Made by a program: the position numbers and the translations under genes. Of a DNA stretch of 64,000 nt, positions 62,576 through 64,000 are shown piece after piece. Source of the stretch: an uncultured Arcobacter sp. (GTDB lineage Bacteria; Campylobacterota; Campylobacteria; Campylobacterales; Arcobacteraceae). Position 1 is the first letter of the stretch. Every line of letters starts with the position of its first letter. The notes under the pieces were generated by a model. That model saw only the letters and a list, made by a program, of their open reading frames with translations. It did not search any database and was not told the origin of the DNA. The DNA is taken from NCBI GenBank assembly GCA_965140705.1, contig OZ223301.1:192001-256000 (forward strand), given 5' to 3'.

Positions 62576-63451
62576 ATTAAAAATTTTAAAAAAGTACATA
62601 TCGAAATAACTAATATCTGTAATTTAAAATGTTCCTTTTGTCCTCCTAAAAACTTACCAAATACTACAATGAGTTTAGATAAGTTTGAAAAGATAAATAG
62701 TGAACTCTCAAGTGTTACAAAAGAGTTAGCATATCATGTAGTTGGGGATCCCTTAGTTGTATCAAATCTGAATCAGTACTTGGATATAAGTAAAAATCAT
62801 GGTTTAAAAGTTAATCTTACTACTACTGGGTATAACTTAAAAGAAGAACAATTTGAATCATTGTGTAATAGTGCAATAAAACAAATTAACTTTTCAATTA
62901 ATTCATATAATGGGAATTCTCACAAAAAAAGCTTAGATGAATATTTAACTCCTATTTTTAATTTTTGTAAATATGCCTTGGAAAAAGAGGTGGAGTTTTT
63001 TATAAATTTGAGAATTTGGAATTTTGATGAAGAAAAAAGTGCAAAAGAGTTTAATAAAAAAGTCTTTGAAAAAGCTTTTGAGTATTTTGATATGACTTTA
63101 GATATTGATGAATTTTATGTAGCAAAACCCAAAAATATAAGAGTTGCAAGAAAGATATTTTTCAATTTTGATGATTATTTTGAGTGGCCAAGTTTGGAAA
63201 ATGAATTTGTATCAGACAAAGGTTTTTGTTATGGCTTAGATTCTCATTTTGGTATATTAGCAAATGGAACAGCGGTTCCTTGTTGTTTGGATAAGGATGC
63301 TTGTATAAACCTAGGAAATGTCTTTGAAGATAGTTTACAAAATATATTAACTTCAAAAAGAGTAAATGATATAAAAGATGGATTTAAAAAAGGCATAGTG
63401 GTTGAAGAACTTTGCCAAAAATGTTCTTACAGAACAAGATTTGACAAATAA
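62576..63451 (+). CDS. Radical SAM/SPASM domain protein, 291 aa from an ATT start
   Basis: IEITNICNLKCSFC (CxxxCxxC) lies upstream of the first ATG; GDP, TTG, C...G..VPCC...C..C SPASM; AAAGG 6 nt before ATT. Confidence 0.9.
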   Translation: MKNFKKVHIEITNICNLKCSFCPPKNLPNTTMSLDKFEKINSELSSVTKELAYHVVGDPLVVSNLNQYLDISKNHGLKVNLTTTGYNLKEEQFESLCNSAIKQINFSINSYNGNSHKKSLDEYLTPIFNFCKYALEKEVEFFINLRIWNFDEEKSAKEFNKKVFEKAFEYFDMTLDIDEFYVAKPKNIRVARKIFFNFDDYFEWPSLENEFVSDKGFCYGLDSHFGILANGTAVPCCLDKDACINLGNVFEDSLQNILTSKRVNDIKDGFKKGIVVEELCQKCSYRTRFDK

Positions 63452-63460
63452 GGATTAGTA

Positions 63461-64000
63461 TTGAATGAAGTAGATTTGATAAAGAAAAGTTTAAAAGATT
63501 TTTTTACACCACAAATATTAAAAATTGCGATTGTACCTCTTTTAGTAACTGTTTTAGTTATGGTTATTATATTTATGGGTTTTGCTGATTATAGTCTATC
63601 TTCGTTAGATCAAGTAATTATCCAAGTACAAAATGGAGAAGAGTTTACCGTTGATCCAAATGCTCCATTTTATTATGTTTGGGCAGTCAATGTTTTGACT
63701 TTTCTTTTACACTATTCTATAACTGCTTGGTTAGCTGGATTTTTACTTTTTACAGTAGGTACATTTTTTATATTATTTTTTTCTATTTTTACAACTTTGA
63801 TTATTATTGGATTTTTAACTCCTATGATTATAGAGACTTTGCGAAAAAGACATTATCCTGGTTTGGTATTAAAAGGTCATGGTTCCTTGGTCTCTCCACT
63901 TTGGGTGGCATTTAAAAGTGTAGTTGTGATGATGTTATTATTTATTCTTTTTATTCCTTTTTATTTTATACCTTTAGTAAATATTATTGCTTTTAATTTG
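63461..64000 (+). CDS. EI24/CysZ-like membrane protein (runs off the window end)
   Basis: AAGGA then TTG; open frame MNEVDLIKKSLKDFFTPQILKIAIVP...IGFLTPMIIETLRKRHY...FIPLVN with TM helices. Confidence 0.75.
   Translation, partial: MNEVDLIKKSLKDFFTPQILKIAIVPLLVTVLVMVIIFMGFADYSLSSLDQVIIQVQNGEEFTVDPNAPFYYVWAVNVLTFLLHYSITAWLAGFLLFTVGTFFILFFSIFTTLIIIGFLTPMIIETLRKRHYPGLVLKGHGSLVSPLWVAFKSVVVMMLLFILFIPFYFIPLVNIIAFNL

Noticed and set aside
61167..63451. Helicase and radical SAM genes as 5'-truncated pseudogenes, as the ORF track implies
   Set aside because: Both frames continue uninterrupted through intact N-terminal motifs to SD-preceded ATC/ATT codons.
63679..63915. 78-aa ORF in the track
   Set aside because: Alternate frame inside the EI24-like gene that starts at 63461 and runs off the window.

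Overview
AT-rich chromosomal window from a Campylobacterota bacterium, most likely Arcobacteraceae (inferred from rRNA sequence style, the kdsA-ribH-nusB-pyrF order and PgbA/DUF5644/DUF6394-type genes). It opens with the end of an rRNA operon (16S 3' end, tRNA-Ile, tRNA-Ala, 23S, 5S) and an atypical tRNA-Thr(GGT). Next is a 12-kb, 14-gene divergent aryl-polyene-like type II PKS cluster with an MIO ammonia-lyase (4109-16081). A housekeeping block (16.1-36.7 kb) leads to a tRNA-Ser/Ile2/Gly cluster. A decayed integrative island follows tRNA-Gly (37135 to at least 42552). It carries a secreted C2-like protein with a polytopic membrane partner, an MBL-hydrolase relic, a TPR-membrane protein + AAA+ ATPase pair bracketed by two copies of an integrase-tail/hairpin sequence, and a truncated tyrosine recombinase. 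Further right are a 2OG-Fe(II) oxygenase, a TetR/EmrAB-OMF efflux unit, upp/uraA, an HD-GYP protein, dmeF, IclR/PfpI and a TonB-receptor/YfiR-like/GGDEF-EAL operon. The most striking sequence-level observation is at the right end: a divergent DEAD-box helicase / radical SAM gene pair whose essential N-terminal motifs can only be translated from non-canonical start codons (ATC and ATT), each 6 nt after a Shine-Dalgarno. Three apparently leaderless genes (cmoA, tlyA, an AraC regulator) were also found. Family calls rest on motifs read by eye; no searches were run.
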